A stretch of 64,000 nt of DNA from Abditibacteriota bacterium (GCA_017552965.1 JAFZNQ010000101.1:1899-65898); one strand, 5' to 3'. Positions 17,876 to 27,348 are shown, counted from the first letter of the stretch. Notes: a model not told the origin generated them from the sequence alone. Made by a program: numbers and translations.

Positions 17876-19779
17876 TACTCCAGTCCTTTCCGGATGACGC
17901 AGAGCATGGTGATATCGTCGGACTGCTCCGCTTCGCCTGCGTATTCCTTCAGGTCGGCGTAAAAGGCGTCGCACACAGCCCTGGCCGACTCTCTGCCGTT
18001 TTTCCTGAGGGAGTATCTGATGCGCTCGTGTCCGAACTGCAGGTTCTCCGTGTTCATGCACTCGTCCACGCCGTCGGTGAACATGTAGAGCATGTCGCCG
18101 GGATGGAAGGGCACGGTCTTCTCGGTGTATTTGCCGTTTTCGAAGACTCCCGCCAGGCGTCCCTTGAGCCTCTCCAGCTGGGTGATACCGCCGTCGGAAG
18201 TGCACAGATAGGGGGCGGGATGTCCTGCCAGGGAGTAGGTGAAGGTCTCCTCGGCTTCGTCTATGACGCCGAAGAGCAGAGTCACGAACATATCGGTGGA
18301 GTTGGACCGGGACACCTCCCGGTTCACCACTTCCAGAGCCTCGGAGGGCGACATGCCTTCCTTCCAGAGCACCTTGGCGGTGGTGATGACCATGCTCATG
18401 AAGAGAGCGGCGCTGGGTCCCTTGCCGGACACGTCGCCTATGAGCACTGCCACCCGGGTGGGAGATATGCGAAACACGTCGTAGAGGTCGCCGCCCACCT
18501 GACGGGCGGGCCGGACGAAGGCGTAGATGTCCAGGATGTCCGAGCACACGCTGTCAAAGTCCTTGGGCAGCATGCTGTCCTGTATGCTCCAGGCTATCTT
18601 CAGCTCGCTCTCGGCCTTTTCCCTGTCGGAGTCGGCCTTGCGGATGATGGCTATCTGCTCCTTGATATCGTCCTTCATCTTGTTGAACTCGTATATCAGG
18701 GTGCTGATCTCGTCCTCATGCTCGGGCTCCGGCAGCTGATAGTCCAGATTGCCCTTGGAATACTCTCTGACAGCCAGCTCCAGGTCCTTCACGGGATAGA
18801 GTATCTGTCTGGCTATCCTCACCACCACTATGCCCAGTATGATGATGCCCATGAATCCCACCAGTATGATGGTCCTGTTCATGAGCTCCAGATTGAAAAA
18901 GAGATAGCGGGTGGGGACCACGTAGCCCAGGGACCAGCCCGTGGACACGATGGGAGCGTAGGCCATCTCGCAGCGCTTGCCCGTGACCGTGGAATAGCCA
19001 AAGGAGCCAAAGCCGGACACGCCGGCAAGCATATTCTTGCCGATGCTCCGCAGGGCAGGCATATTTTCGCCCTCCGCCACGGAAAAGATGGTCTCGTTCA
19101 TCACGTATTTGGACTCGGGGTGATATATGACGGTGCCGGTGCCGGTGATCAGGAAATGGTAGTTGTGCACCTTGTCCTGATAGCTCTCCATCAGCTCCTG
19201 TATCCACTGTATAGTGACGTCGGCGGTGAGGACTCCCAGGAACTCCCGGTCCTCCCCTTCCCCTCTGTAAACCGGGGCCGAATAGGTGACCATCAGCAGC
19301 TCGGTGCCGCCTTCGTCATAATAGGGCTCGATCCAGCAGGACCGGCCCGTATCCCGGGCCAGGGTGTACCAGTCCGCGCTGCTGTAGTCATAGGTGGGAG
19401 GCGAAAAGACTATGGAGCCGTCCCCGTCCCTGTAGCAATAGACGTTCCTCAGCTGCACGTCCGTGTTGTACACGAAGGCAGAGCCGTTGATGGAGCTGTT
19501 GGAGCGGACTATGCTGGGCAGCAGGGTCCTGAGGCTTTCCTCGCTCATATCCGAGGTCTTGGCGGCAAAATCCACCACCGAAGCGATGCTGCTCAGGGTC
19601 GAATCGATCTTGTTGGCGTTGCTGGACACCATATACACGGTGCGTTCCACGGTCTCCTTGTAGCCTATGATCTTACCCACTCTGTAGTTGATGACGCTGA
19701 GCAGCACCACAATGAGAGAGCAGCCGAGGATGACGTAGAGCGACAGCCTGGTGGTTATTTTGAGCTTGCGCATTATCAT
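17875..19779 (-). CDS. Sensor protein: periplasmic Cache-like domain - TM - HAMP - PP2C/SpoIIE serine phosphatase
   Basis: 634 aa with N-terminal TM, an extracytoplasmic dCache-like region and a second TM. HAMP-like region (...AVREYSKGNLDYQLPEP...), and a C-terminal PP2C fold (GDVSGKGPSAALFMS...FTDGV). Confidence 0.8.
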   Translation of the reverse strand: MIMRKLKITTRLSLYVILGCSLIVVLLSVINYRVGKIIGYKETVERTVYMVSSNANKIDSTLSSIASVVDFAAKTSDMSEESLRTLLPSIVRSNSSINGSAFVYNTDVQLRNVYCYRDGDGSIVFSPPTYDYSSADWYTLARDTGRSCWIEPYYDEGGTELLMVTYSAPVYRGEGEDREFLGVLTADVTIQWIQELMESYQDKVHNYHFLITGTGTVIYHPESKYVMNETIFSVAEGENMPALRSIGKNMLAGVSGFGSFGYSTVTGKRCEMAYAPIVSTGWSLGYVVPTRYLFFNLELMNRTIILVGFMGIIILGIVVVRIARQILYPVKDLELAVREYSKGNLDYQLPEPEHEDEISTLIYEFNKMKDDIKEQIAIIRKADSDREKAESELKIAWSIQDSMLPKDFDSVCSDILDIYAFVRPARQVGGDLYDVFRISPTRVAVLIGDVSGKGPSAALFMSMVITTAKVLWKEGMSPSEALEVVNREVSRSNSTDMFVTLLFGVIDEAEETFTYSLAGHPAPYLCTSDGGITQLERLKGRLAGVFENGKYTEKTVPFHPGDMLYMFTDGVDECMNTENLQFGHERIRYSLRKNGRESARAVCDAFYADLKEYAGEAEQSDDITMLCVIRKGLE

Positions 19780-20756
19780 AGACCCATCCCCTTGTAGAAC
19801 TCCGCGTAGGTGGGCTTGCGTTTGATGAAGCCGTTCTTATCCATGAGATACACGCAGTTGTTGAATTGCCTCCGGGACAGGGTGCCGGTCTTCCACTTGT
19901 GGTCCCGGGAAAAGATGGAGGGCAGTATGGCATCCAGCATATACTTCATGTGAGCGGGACTGCAGCGCAGGTGGGCCTCGTTGGTGCGGTTCATCACCTC
20001 TTTGAGGGCCTCATCCCTGTGAGACTCGGCGTATTCCCAGCCCAGCAGGGTGCCGGTCACAAAGGCCCGGCACTGGGCCCGGCGGGTCTCCAGGGTCTTG
20101 TGGGTGCAGAATATGGCGTCCTCGGGCAGGTCCACCCCCATCTCCGCCAGTGTAAAGATCTTCATATCGCTGTAATCCAGACCGGAATAATACAGGTTGT
20201 TGTATTCGTTGTAGGTGAGGCAGGTGCACACGTCCACGCCCCCTATGAGAAACAGGGAGTTGGTGGTATTCTGGTCGTAGAGCTTCATATTGATGCCGTT
20301 GGAGGCCAGAGCCAGCTTCACCGGATATCCGGCGTCGGCGTTGATCCAGGTGCTGAGGCGCTTGCCCTTCAGGTCCTCCAGGGTGTTGATACCGCTGTGC
20401 TTTCTGGTCACCAGGATACAGTTGGAGCGGTTGACCACCTGACAGATGTTCACAATATCGTCTCCGTTGCCCGCCGCCATGAGCCCGGACAGGCACCAGC
20501 ACAGGATGAAGTCGTACTTGCCCTTTTTGAGCTCGTTGACCCCTATGGTCTTGGAGTCCGCGTGGCTGATCCTGACGTCTATGCCCCTTTCGGTATAAAA
20601 GCCCTGCTTCTGGGCCATATAGACTCCCGCAAACTGGGACTGGGGCAGCCAGGGCAGCAGCACGCGCACAGTCTCCGCAGCCCCCGAAGGGACCGCCGGC
20701 AGCAGCAGGGCCGCCGCCATGATTACCATCAGCTTTGTGATCAGTTTATTCATCAT
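19776..20756 (-). CDS. NMT1/THI5-like periplasmic substrate-binding protein (aliphatic sulfonate/nitrate/bicarbonate SBP family)
   Basis: 326 aa with signal peptide, coupled upstream of the sensor phosphatase (4 nt overlap). Confidence 0.65.
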   Translation of the reverse strand: MMNKLITKLMVIMAAALLLPAVPSGAAETVRVLLPWLPQSQFAGVYMAQKQGFYTERGIDVRISHADSKTIGVNELKKGKYDFILCWCLSGLMAAGNGDDIVNICQVVNRSNCILVTRKHSGINTLEDLKGKRLSTWINADAGYPVKLALASNGINMKLYDQNTTNSLFLIGGVDVCTCLTYNEYNNLYYSGLDYSDMKIFTLAEMGVDLPEDAIFCTHKTLETRRAQCRAFVTGTLLGWEYAESHRDEALKEVMNRTNEAHLRCSPAHMKYMLDAILPSIFSRDHKWKTGTLSRRQFNNCVYLMDKNGFIKRKPTYAEFYKGMGL

Positions 20757-21441
20757 ACTTACACCTATTCACAGCCTTCAGCAGATTTTCCGCCGCATCG
20801 GGAAACCGGCTGCGGCACTCCCGGAGCAGGTCTCGCGCCGCCGCTCTGCGGGAGGTCAGGGCCAGAGGACACCGGCTCTCCGCCAGAGGTATATTGCGGC
20901 GGCGGACGTAGGCCTCCACCGCCTTCCCCTCCACCCCTATAAGGGGCCTGACGAGAGTCACGGCTCCGAAATAATCTCTTTTTGGTTCGAGGGAGCTCCA
21001 CCTGCCCCGGGAGAGCAGCTCCAGCAGGGCGGTCTCCGCCGCGTCGTCGGCGGTGTGAGCCACCGCCAGCGCCGTGGCCCCTTCGTCCCGGGCAGCCTCC
21101 AGCAGGGCTTTCCTCCTCAGGGCTGCGCAGCGGTAGCAGCTCAGGGGAGCGGGCTCCGCCTCGCCGGTGATGGGCCTTTCGGTGAGCCTGACGCCCAGGC
21201 TGCTCAGATATGCCGCCGCCGGAGCCGGCAGGGGCTCGAAAGCCAGGTCGTAGCTGCCGGTGATATACACGGCTGCCGTCAATTCGATGGACAGATATTC
21301 CTTCAGGGACGCCAGCACAGTCACCAGCGCCATGCTGTCCTTGCCTCCGGACACTCCGCACACCACCCTGGTGCCGGGAGGCAGCAGGCCGTATTCGCCG
21401 CAGGTCCGGACCACCTGCTTCTGGATGCCCGACAGGTTCAT
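20746..21441 (-). CDS. ttcA: TtcA-family PP-loop ATPase (tRNA 2-thiocytidine synthetase-like)
   Basis: SGGKDS PP-loop, plus CxxC-type cysteine motifs (SCYRCAALRRK; ESRCPLALTSRR) that parallel the E. coli TtcA Fe-S ligands. The real start is MNLSGIQKQV at 21441 (ATGA overlap with the permease stop). The track N-terminus overlaps the permease gene. Confidence 0.75.
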   Translation of the reverse strand: MNLSGIQKQVVRTCGEYGLLPPGTRVVCGVSGGKDSMALVTVLASLKEYLSIELTAAVYITGSYDLAFEPLPAPAAAYLSSLGVRLTERPITGEAEPAPLSCYRCAALRRKALLEAARDEGATALAVAHTADDAAETALLELLSRGRWSSLEPKRDYFGAVTLVRPLIGVEGKAVEAYVRRRNIPLAESRCPLALTSRRAAARDLLRECRSRFPDAAENLLKAVNRCKYDE

Positions 21442-22268
21442 CCCTTGATACCGGTGGTGACGACTCCCTTCACAAAGAACTTCTGGGCCACGAAGAACAG
21501 GATCACCACCGGCAGCAGGGTGACGGTGGAGGCCGCCATCAGCGACACTATGTCCACTCCCTGCACGTCGGAAAAGGTGGCCAGTCCCAGCGCCAGAGTC
21601 CTGTTTTCCACGGAATTGAGATATATGAGGGGAGTCATAAAGTCGTTCCAGTAGCCCACGAAGGCAAACACCATGACCGACACTGCCACGGGCTTGGAGA
21701 GAGGCATGAGTATCTTCAGATACACCTGCCAGGTGCTGCAGCCGTCCAGTCTGGCCGCATCCTCCAGCTCCGCCGGGATGGTCAGGAAAAACTGCCTGAA
21801 CAGGAATATGTACAGGGCGTTGCCGAAAAAGGAGGGCAGTATCAGGGGCCACAGGGTGTCATACATGCCCAGGCTCTTGAAAATGACGAACTGGGGCACG
21901 CAGGTCACCATGGCCGGCAGCATCAGGGTGGAGAGCACCAGCAGGAAGACGCCCTGCTTGCCCGGAGCCTTCAGCCGCGCAAAGACGTAGGCCGCCATGG
22001 AGGAGCTGATCAGTGTGCCCGCTATGCCCAGTCCCGTCACCAGACAGGTGTTGAGAAAATACCTGCCGAAGGGCATCAGGGTCAGGGCGTAGCGGTAGTT
22101 GGCTAGGTCTATCTTTTTGGGAACGAAGAGAAATCTGGCCTTGCCTATCTCCTCCACGTTGGACACGGAGGCAGCCAGCATCCACAGCAGGGGAGCCAGA
22201 AACAATGCCGCCAGGGCTATGATGACCAGATACCTGAGTATCTCTGATATGATATTGGTTCTTTTCAT
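21438..22268 (-). CDS. Carbohydrate ABC transporter permease (MalG-like)
   Basis: 277 aa, 6 TM, EAA-type loop, sugar-permease C-terminal signature. Start MKRTNII at 22268, ATGA-coupled to the upstream fusion gene. Confidence 0.85.
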   Translation of the reverse strand: MKRTNIISEILRYLVIIALAALFLAPLLWMLAASVSNVEEIGKARFLFVPKKIDLANYRYALTLMPFGRYFLNTCLVTGLGIAGTLISSSMAAYVFARLKAPGKQGVFLLVLSTLMLPAMVTCVPQFVIFKSLGMYDTLWPLILPSFFGNALYIFLFRQFFLTIPAELEDAARLDGCSTWQVYLKILMPLSKPVAVSVMVFAFVGYWNDFMTPLIYLNSVENRTLALGLATFSDVQGVDIVSLMAASTVTLLPVVILFFVAQKFFVKGVVTTGIKG

Positions 22269-24556
22269 GACTCGCTCTCGTAATATACCCACTTGTTGGC
22301 CAGCTTGAAGTTGATAAGGGTGATAAGCATGACCACCAGAAACAGCATCCAGGCCATGGCCGAAGCCTTGCCCACGTTGAGGTAGCTGAAGGCCTGATTG
22401 TAGAGATACAGGCCGTAGAACAGAGACGCGTCCTCGGGGCCTCCGGAGCCGTTGTTCAGGATGAAGGCCTGGGTAAACATCTGCAGGCTGAATATGATGC
22501 CCGTGATCAGCTGATAGAATATGGCGGGAGTGATCAGCGGCAGGGTGATGCCGAAGAGCTTTCTGGCTCCTCCGGCCCCGTCCAGATCCGCCGCCTCATA
22601 CAGCTGCGCCGGCACCCCCTGCAGGGCCGCCAGATAAATGATCATGGAGGAGCCCACGGACCACACGCTCATGATGACAAAGGCGGGTATGCACAGCTTG
22701 GGCACCAGCAGCCACCCGTCGGCGTTGGACATCATGGACAGCCACACCAGCCTGCCCCGCTCTATCCAGGGGACTATATGCAGGCCCAAAAAGTTGTTGA
22801 GGAGCCCCGAAGGGGCAAATATATTGATCCACAGCACCGAGGTGGCGACGCCGCTGATGACCGAGGGCAGATAATACAGGGTCCGGGCGGCCTCCACGAA
22901 GCGGTTCGTCTTGTTGAGCAGCACGCTGACCAGCAGTCCGAACACCACGGACAGGGGCACCGCCCACAGGGTATAGACCGTGGTCACCCATATGGATCTG
23001 ACAAACTTTTCGTCCCGGAAAAGCTCGGCAAAGTTTCTGAAGCCTATGGCCCAGGCCGTGTTGATCACGTCCCATTTGGAGAAGGAAAACACCAGTGACG
23101 CCAGCACGGAGCCCAGAGTGAGCACCACAAAGCCTATGATCCAGGGGAGTATCATGAGATAGAATTCTCCGGTCTCCCGGCGTTCCCGGGGGTGGCCCTT
23201 GGTCTCTTTCAGGGTCCAGACCGTCCACAGGACGGCAAAAAGGGCGAGGGCTCCGAAGAGCAGTATCCCCAGCAGCCGCCAATTGACGGGCCGGAAGCCG
23301 CTCATGTCTTCGTCCGCCTGAGCTATGATGGCGTTGACCCGCTTTTCGGCCTCGTCGAGAGTCTCCTTTTCCGTCTTTTTGCCCTTGAGATACAGCTCTA
23401 TCCGGGAGGCCATCTCCGCGGAGGCCTCGGCCCAGCCCGGGACTATGGGGATGGTCTTGCCGTAGGGGAGCTGGTCTATGAAGCCCTTGAAGATGGGATC
23501 CTGGCAAAAGGTGTCGTCGGTGGCGGCGGAGCGCCGGGCCGGTATCCTGCCCCCTGCGCTGCACACCTTGATCATCTGCTCCCGGGAAGCGGCAAATTTG
23601 ATGAATTCCCAGGCGGCTCTCTTGTGCCGGGAGCCCCGGGGTATCACCAGGCTGTTGCCCACTATCTCGCTGGCGGGATATTTGCCGTAGGGCACCGTGG
23701 CTATGCCATAATCCAGATCGGGATAATTGGCTCTGAATATAGACGACTTGTAGGGATTGTCCACGAACATGGCCACGGCCCCGTTGCCAAAGGGGTCGTT
23801 CACGTTGCCGTGAAACTGGGAGTTGAAGTTCTGCAGGGTGTTGACATCTCCCGTCTCCTCCCTGATGAAGGAGGACATGAACCTGAGGGCCTCCGCCCCC
23901 TCCCGGGTGTTGAAGACGGCCTTTTGGGTCTCCGGGTCCACCAGCTCTCCCCCCAGCTGCCAGAGATACATGGCGAAGTTGTTGGGGTTGTACAAAAAGG
24001 CCGAAAAGCCCAGCCGGACGGGCTTGCCGTCCTTGTCGTATTTGGTGAGCTTGCGGGCGTATTCCCTGAGCTCCTGCCAGGTCTTCGGAGGCCTCTCCGG
24101 GTCCAGACCCGCCTCCCTGAACAGAGCCTTGTTGTAATAGAGAGCGTTGGGGCTCAGCACCCAGGGCAGTCCGTAGAGGACCCCCTTGTAGGTGTTTTGC
24201 TCCAGTCCGGCGGGATAAAAGTCCTCCAGACCAAAGCCGTCCTCCCTGACCAGGCTGTCCAGCTCCTCCAGGGCGCCGCGGCTCATCATGCCGCCGCCCA
24301 GGTGGGCGTAAAAACGCACCACGTCCGGTGGCACCTTGCCGGCGATGGACAGGGTCAGCTTCCTTTCCACGTAGGCCTGGGGCACCAGAACGCCGTTGAC
24401 AGCTATGTCCGGATGCTGCTTCTCGAATGCCTTTATCATCTGCTCATAGGCGATCCTTTCGTCGGGGGAGGCTCCGTACCAGAAGGTGATGGTCTCCTTT
24501 GCCATGACGGAGGACGCCGCCAGTATCAGCAGGATGCACAGGATGATTTTTTTCAA
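22265..24556 (-). CDS. Fused solute-binding protein / MalF-like permease of a carbohydrate ABC importer
   Basis: 763 aa. Residues 1-430 are a signal peptide plus family-1 extracellular solute-binding domain. Residues 440-763 are a 6-TM MalF-type permease (LQMFTQAFILNNGSGGPEDASLFYGLYLY). No NBD gene in the operon. Confidence 0.8.
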   Translation of the reverse strand: MKKIILCILLILAASSVMAKETITFWYGASPDERIAYEQMIKAFEKQHPDIAVNGVLVPQAYVERKLTLSIAGKVPPDVVRFYAHLGGGMMSRGALEELDSLVREDGFGLEDFYPAGLEQNTYKGVLYGLPWVLSPNALYYNKALFREAGLDPERPPKTWQELREYARKLTKYDKDGKPVRLGFSAFLYNPNNFAMYLWQLGGELVDPETQKAVFNTREGAEALRFMSSFIREETGDVNTLQNFNSQFHGNVNDPFGNGAVAMFVDNPYKSSIFRANYPDLDYGIATVPYGKYPASEIVGNSLVIPRGSRHKRAAWEFIKFAASREQMIKVCSAGGRIPARRSAATDDTFCQDPIFKGFIDQLPYGKTIPIVPGWAEASAEMASRIELYLKGKKTEKETLDEAEKRVNAIIAQADEDMSGFRPVNWRLLGILLFGALALFAVLWTVWTLKETKGHPRERRETGEFYLMILPWIIGFVVLTLGSVLASLVFSFSKWDVINTAWAIGFRNFAELFRDEKFVRSIWVTTVYTLWAVPLSVVFGLLVSVLLNKTNRFVEAARTLYYLPSVISGVATSVLWINIFAPSGLLNNFLGLHIVPWIERGRLVWLSMMSNADGWLLVPKLCIPAFVIMSVWSVGSSMIIYLAALQGVPAQLYEAADLDGAGGARKLFGITLPLITPAIFYQLITGIIFSLQMFTQAFILNNGSGGPEDASLFYGLYLYNQAFSYLNVGKASAMAWMLFLVVMLITLINFKLANKWVYYESES

Positions 24557-24798
24557 CGCTCGACTTCCTCAGGGTTTTTCTAATTAATTTATACCATAAA
24601 AGGGCCAATTATTCAAGCCGCGCCCCTGCCCCGCAAAAAGGAACACGCGAGAGACCCGGGCAGTCTATATTATTGAGAAAGGCGCCTTTTTTCCCGATTC
24701 AGATTATTTTCGGCCTCTTTCGCTTGCTTTACTTCTTTGATTTAGTATATAATAGTATTGCAGGTATTTAATCAGGTACCTTTACTGCAAAGAGAAAT

Positions 24799-25875
24799 AT
24801 GAAAGACTATTATCAGATACTTCACATATCCAGACTGGCTTCGAAGGATGAGATCAAGGCCGCGTATTACGCGCTGGCCAGGAAATATCATCCCGACATC
24901 AACAAGAGCCCTGACGCCGCAGATATGTTCAGGGAGATCAACGAAGCCTACTCTGTGCTGAAAAGACCCGAGAAAAAAGGCAAGTACGACTATGAGCTGA
25001 AGGCGGAGGAAGAGGATTCCCGCCGCAGCAACGACAACAACTACAGCTTTTCGGGCAAGAACCGCAGATACGAGGGCGTGTCTCTGGCCACCCTGGTCAG
25101 ATGCCTCAACAAAGGCCGCATAGACGAGTCCACCATCATTTTCCACAAGGGCAAGCCTTACAGGATCACCGGCTTTGACGGAGCAAAGGTGACCTTTTCC
25201 CCGGTGGATATGGGCAACAACAAGAACAAATACTATGCGGACCCCACCGGCGCCACCGTTCAGGAGGAGCCGGAAGGCAACCTGCGGGACGCCATGCACT
25301 TCTACTGGTACGACCTCATCCACTCGGCCAGAGGCAGGGTGATGCTCTTCCTCCTGGCCACCATCATCATCATAGGCACCATACAGTTCTTCCAGAGGGC
25401 CCTGGGGCCCAAGGAGCCCACTCCCGCCATGGTCACGGATCCCATGCTGGATGTGCCGGAGTACGGCAATCAGGCCTCCACCCCGGTGGTGGGCTTGCCT
25501 CCCAACGGGTCCATACGGTGGTACGTGGACACAGCCGGCAACATCCCGGTCACGGTGTCGGTCCCCAGAGGCAAGGACTATTATTACGTCATCATCAAGA
25601 ACATGGACTCGGGAGCCAAGGTGCTCTCCGTGTTCCTCTACAAGGGCAAGACAGCCAGGATAAGCATGACCGCCGGCAACTACGGCGTATACTATACCAA
25701 TTTCACCTCCGGCCAGTGGGCGGGTCCCGACACTGTGGGTCAGTCAACACCCTGCGCCAGGTGCAACATATATCTGGCAGTCAGCCGGGACTCCAGGCCT
25801 TCGGTGAGCCTGAAGCCGGTCTCGGACAACAACCCCGCCATCACTCAGATCAGCTACGAAGAATTCATACGTTAG
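24799..25875 (+). CDS. Membrane J-domain protein (N-terminal DnaJ domain, one TM, extracytoplasmic beta-rich C-terminal domain), paralog A
   Basis: N-terminus [36 protein letters not shown]... (HPD). [14 protein letters not shown] motif, then TM ([18 protein letters not shown]), then a 150 aa C-terminal domain of unknown function. Putative promoter with -10 TATAAT at 24748-24753. Confidence 0.7.
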   Translation: MKDYYQILHISRLASKDEIKAAYYALARKYHPDINKSPDAADMFREINEAYSVLKRPEKKGKYDYELKAEEEDSRRSNDNNYSFSGKNRRYEGVSLATLVRCLNKGRIDESTIIFHKGKPYRITGFDGAKVTFSPVDMGNNKNKYYADPTGATVQEEPEGNLRDAMHFYWYDLIHSARGRVMLFLLATIIIIGTIQFFQRALGPKEPTPAMVTDPMLDVPEYGNQASTPVVGLPPNGSIRWYVDTAGNIPVTVSVPRGKDYYYVIIKNMDSGAKVLSVFLYKGKTARISMTAGNYGVYYTNFTSGQWAGPDTVGQSTPCARCNIYLAVSRDSRPSVSLKPVSDNNPAITQISYEEFIR

Positions 25876-25949
25876 AACAGCCACACGGCTGTTCTTTCTG
25901 TTTGCGCCCGCCCGGCTCTGCCGGAGGACGCCCTGCGCTATATCTGTAA

Positions 25950-26693
25950 ATGAAAAACTATTATGAGATACTCGGGGTCCCCCGCAGCGCGGACCAGAGC
26001 GAGATAAAAGCGGCCTACAGAAGCCTGGCCAGAAAATACCATCCGGACATCAACAAGAGTCCGGAGGCCGAGGATATGTTCAAGACCATCAACGAGGCCT
26101 ACTCCGTGCTGGGCGACCCGGCCAAGCGCAGGCTCTACGACATGGGCGGCGGCGTGGGTCAGAACGGCGGGACCTTCAGGAGGCTCTACAGCGTCCAGGG
26201 CTATCACAGGTTTTATCACAATCTCACCGAGCGGGAGATCCTGTATCTGCTGGAGGCAGGCGAGCTGGCTCCCGACGCCCTGCTGCTCTCGGACGGCAAC
26301 CCCTACAGGATAGTCCCCACGGCAGAGGGCCTTGCCATAGCCCCCGGCGCTCCCAAGCCCTCCCACACGGGCTTTGGCGTCCCCGAATACACCATCAATA
26401 TGGGAGACGAGCCCGGCCGCAGAAGGCGGGAGCCGAAGAAAAAGGACAACGGCTGCGGCTGCTTTGGCTGCGCGGGCTGCGTCCAGTATCTCTTATTCCT
26501 CATGCTCATACTCACGGTGCTGAACTTCCTCACCCACGGCTGCTCCTTTGAGACCGAGCCCCTGCCCGGGGAAGAAAAGGAAAAGGACAGGGACAGGGAC
26601 AAGGAGGACAAGACTCCCGCCAATTTTACCCTGGCGCCGGACTTCGCAGAGCCCCTGTCCGGAGACGTGGGCCCCTTTTTCCGGGACGCATAA
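25950..26693 (+). CDS. Membrane J-domain protein, paralog B (J-domain, GNPYRIV motif, Cys-rich TM segment)
   Basis: [36 protein letters not shown]... Shares the J-domain and the G(K/N)PYRI motif with paralog A. Followed by CGCFGCAGC plus a TM and a charged tail. Confidence 0.7.
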   Translation: MKNYYEILGVPRSADQSEIKAAYRSLARKYHPDINKSPEAEDMFKTINEAYSVLGDPAKRRLYDMGGGVGQNGGTFRRLYSVQGYHRFYHNLTEREILYLLEAGELAPDALLLSDGNPYRIVPTAEGLAIAPGAPKPSHTGFGVPEYTINMGDEPGRRRREPKKKDNGCGCFGCAGCVQYLLFLMLILTVLNFLTHGCSFETEPLPGEEKEKDRDRDKEDKTPANFTLAPDFAEPLSGDVGPFFRDA

Positions 26694-26727
26694 AAAATGC
26701 CGGAAGGTCATACCTTCCGGCTTTTTA
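26692..26727. terminator. Bidirectional intrinsic terminator between J-domain gene B and rubrerythrin
   Basis: AAAAAA-GCCGGAAGGTcatACCTTCCGGC-TTTTT. Confidence 0.5.
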
Positions 26728-26736
26728 TCAGCGGGT

Positions 26737-27279
26737 CTAATAGTTTTCTGCCTTGACCTCAAAGAAGGACTGAGGATGCTTGCAGACGGGGCACATCTTG
26801 GGGGCGTTCTTGGCTATGTGGATATGGCCGCAGTTGGCGCACTTCCAGATGACGGTGTCATCCTTGGCATAGACCTTGCCTTCCTTCAGATTGGCGATGA
26901 GCTTGTTGTATCTCTCCTCGTGCTCCTTCTCTATCTTGGCCACCAGCTCAAACAGAGCGGCGATCATGTCAAAGCCCTCTTCCTTGGCCTCTTTGGCCAT
27001 GCGGGCATACATGTCTGTCCACTCGCCGTGCTCGCCGGCGGCGGCGTCCATCAGATTGGCCATGGTCTCGGGCACGTCTCCGTCGTGGAGCAGCTTGAAC
27101 CATATCTTGGCGTGCTCCTTCTCGTTGTCGGCGCTCTCGATGAAGATATCGGCTATCTGCTCGTAGCCTTCCTTCCTGGCCTTGCTGGCATAATAGGTGT
27201 ATTTATTTCTCGCCTGAGATTCTCCCGCAAACGCTTCCTGCAGGTTGGCCTCGGTCTTGGTTCCTTTTAATTCGGGCAT
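26737..27279 (-). CDS. rbr: Rubrerythrin (di-iron ferritin-like domain + C-terminal rubredoxin-like CxxC...CxxC)
   Basis: 180 aa with ExxH di-iron motifs and C-terminal CANCGH...CPVCKH. Confidence 0.9.
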   Translation of the reverse strand: MPELKGTKTEANLQEAFAGESQARNKYTYYASKARKEGYEQIADIFIESADNEKEHAKIWFKLLHDGDVPETMANLMDAAAGEHGEWTDMYARMAKEAKEEGFDMIAALFELVAKIEKEHEERYNKLIANLKEGKVYAKDDTVIWKCANCGHIHIAKNAPKMCPVCKHPQSFFEVKAENY

Positions 27280-27348
27280 GATAAGTCTCCTTGTATGGGT
27301 ATTTCAATTATGATTATATACTATCCTTAGTCAAAAAACAAGAGACGC

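Noticed and set aside
15983-18547. 854-aa version of the ABC-F ORF. Similar long N-terminal extensions of clpP, tig, ttcA-like, rqcH, msbA, lpxB, lpxC, the 44627 secreted protein, M20-1, the 6664 beta-helix gene and dapF
   Set aside because: The extensions are Arg/His/Gly-rich, overlap the upstream gene in another frame, and precede well-conserved native N-termini with proper RBS or coupling. Starts were moved to the conserved Met, Val or Leu.
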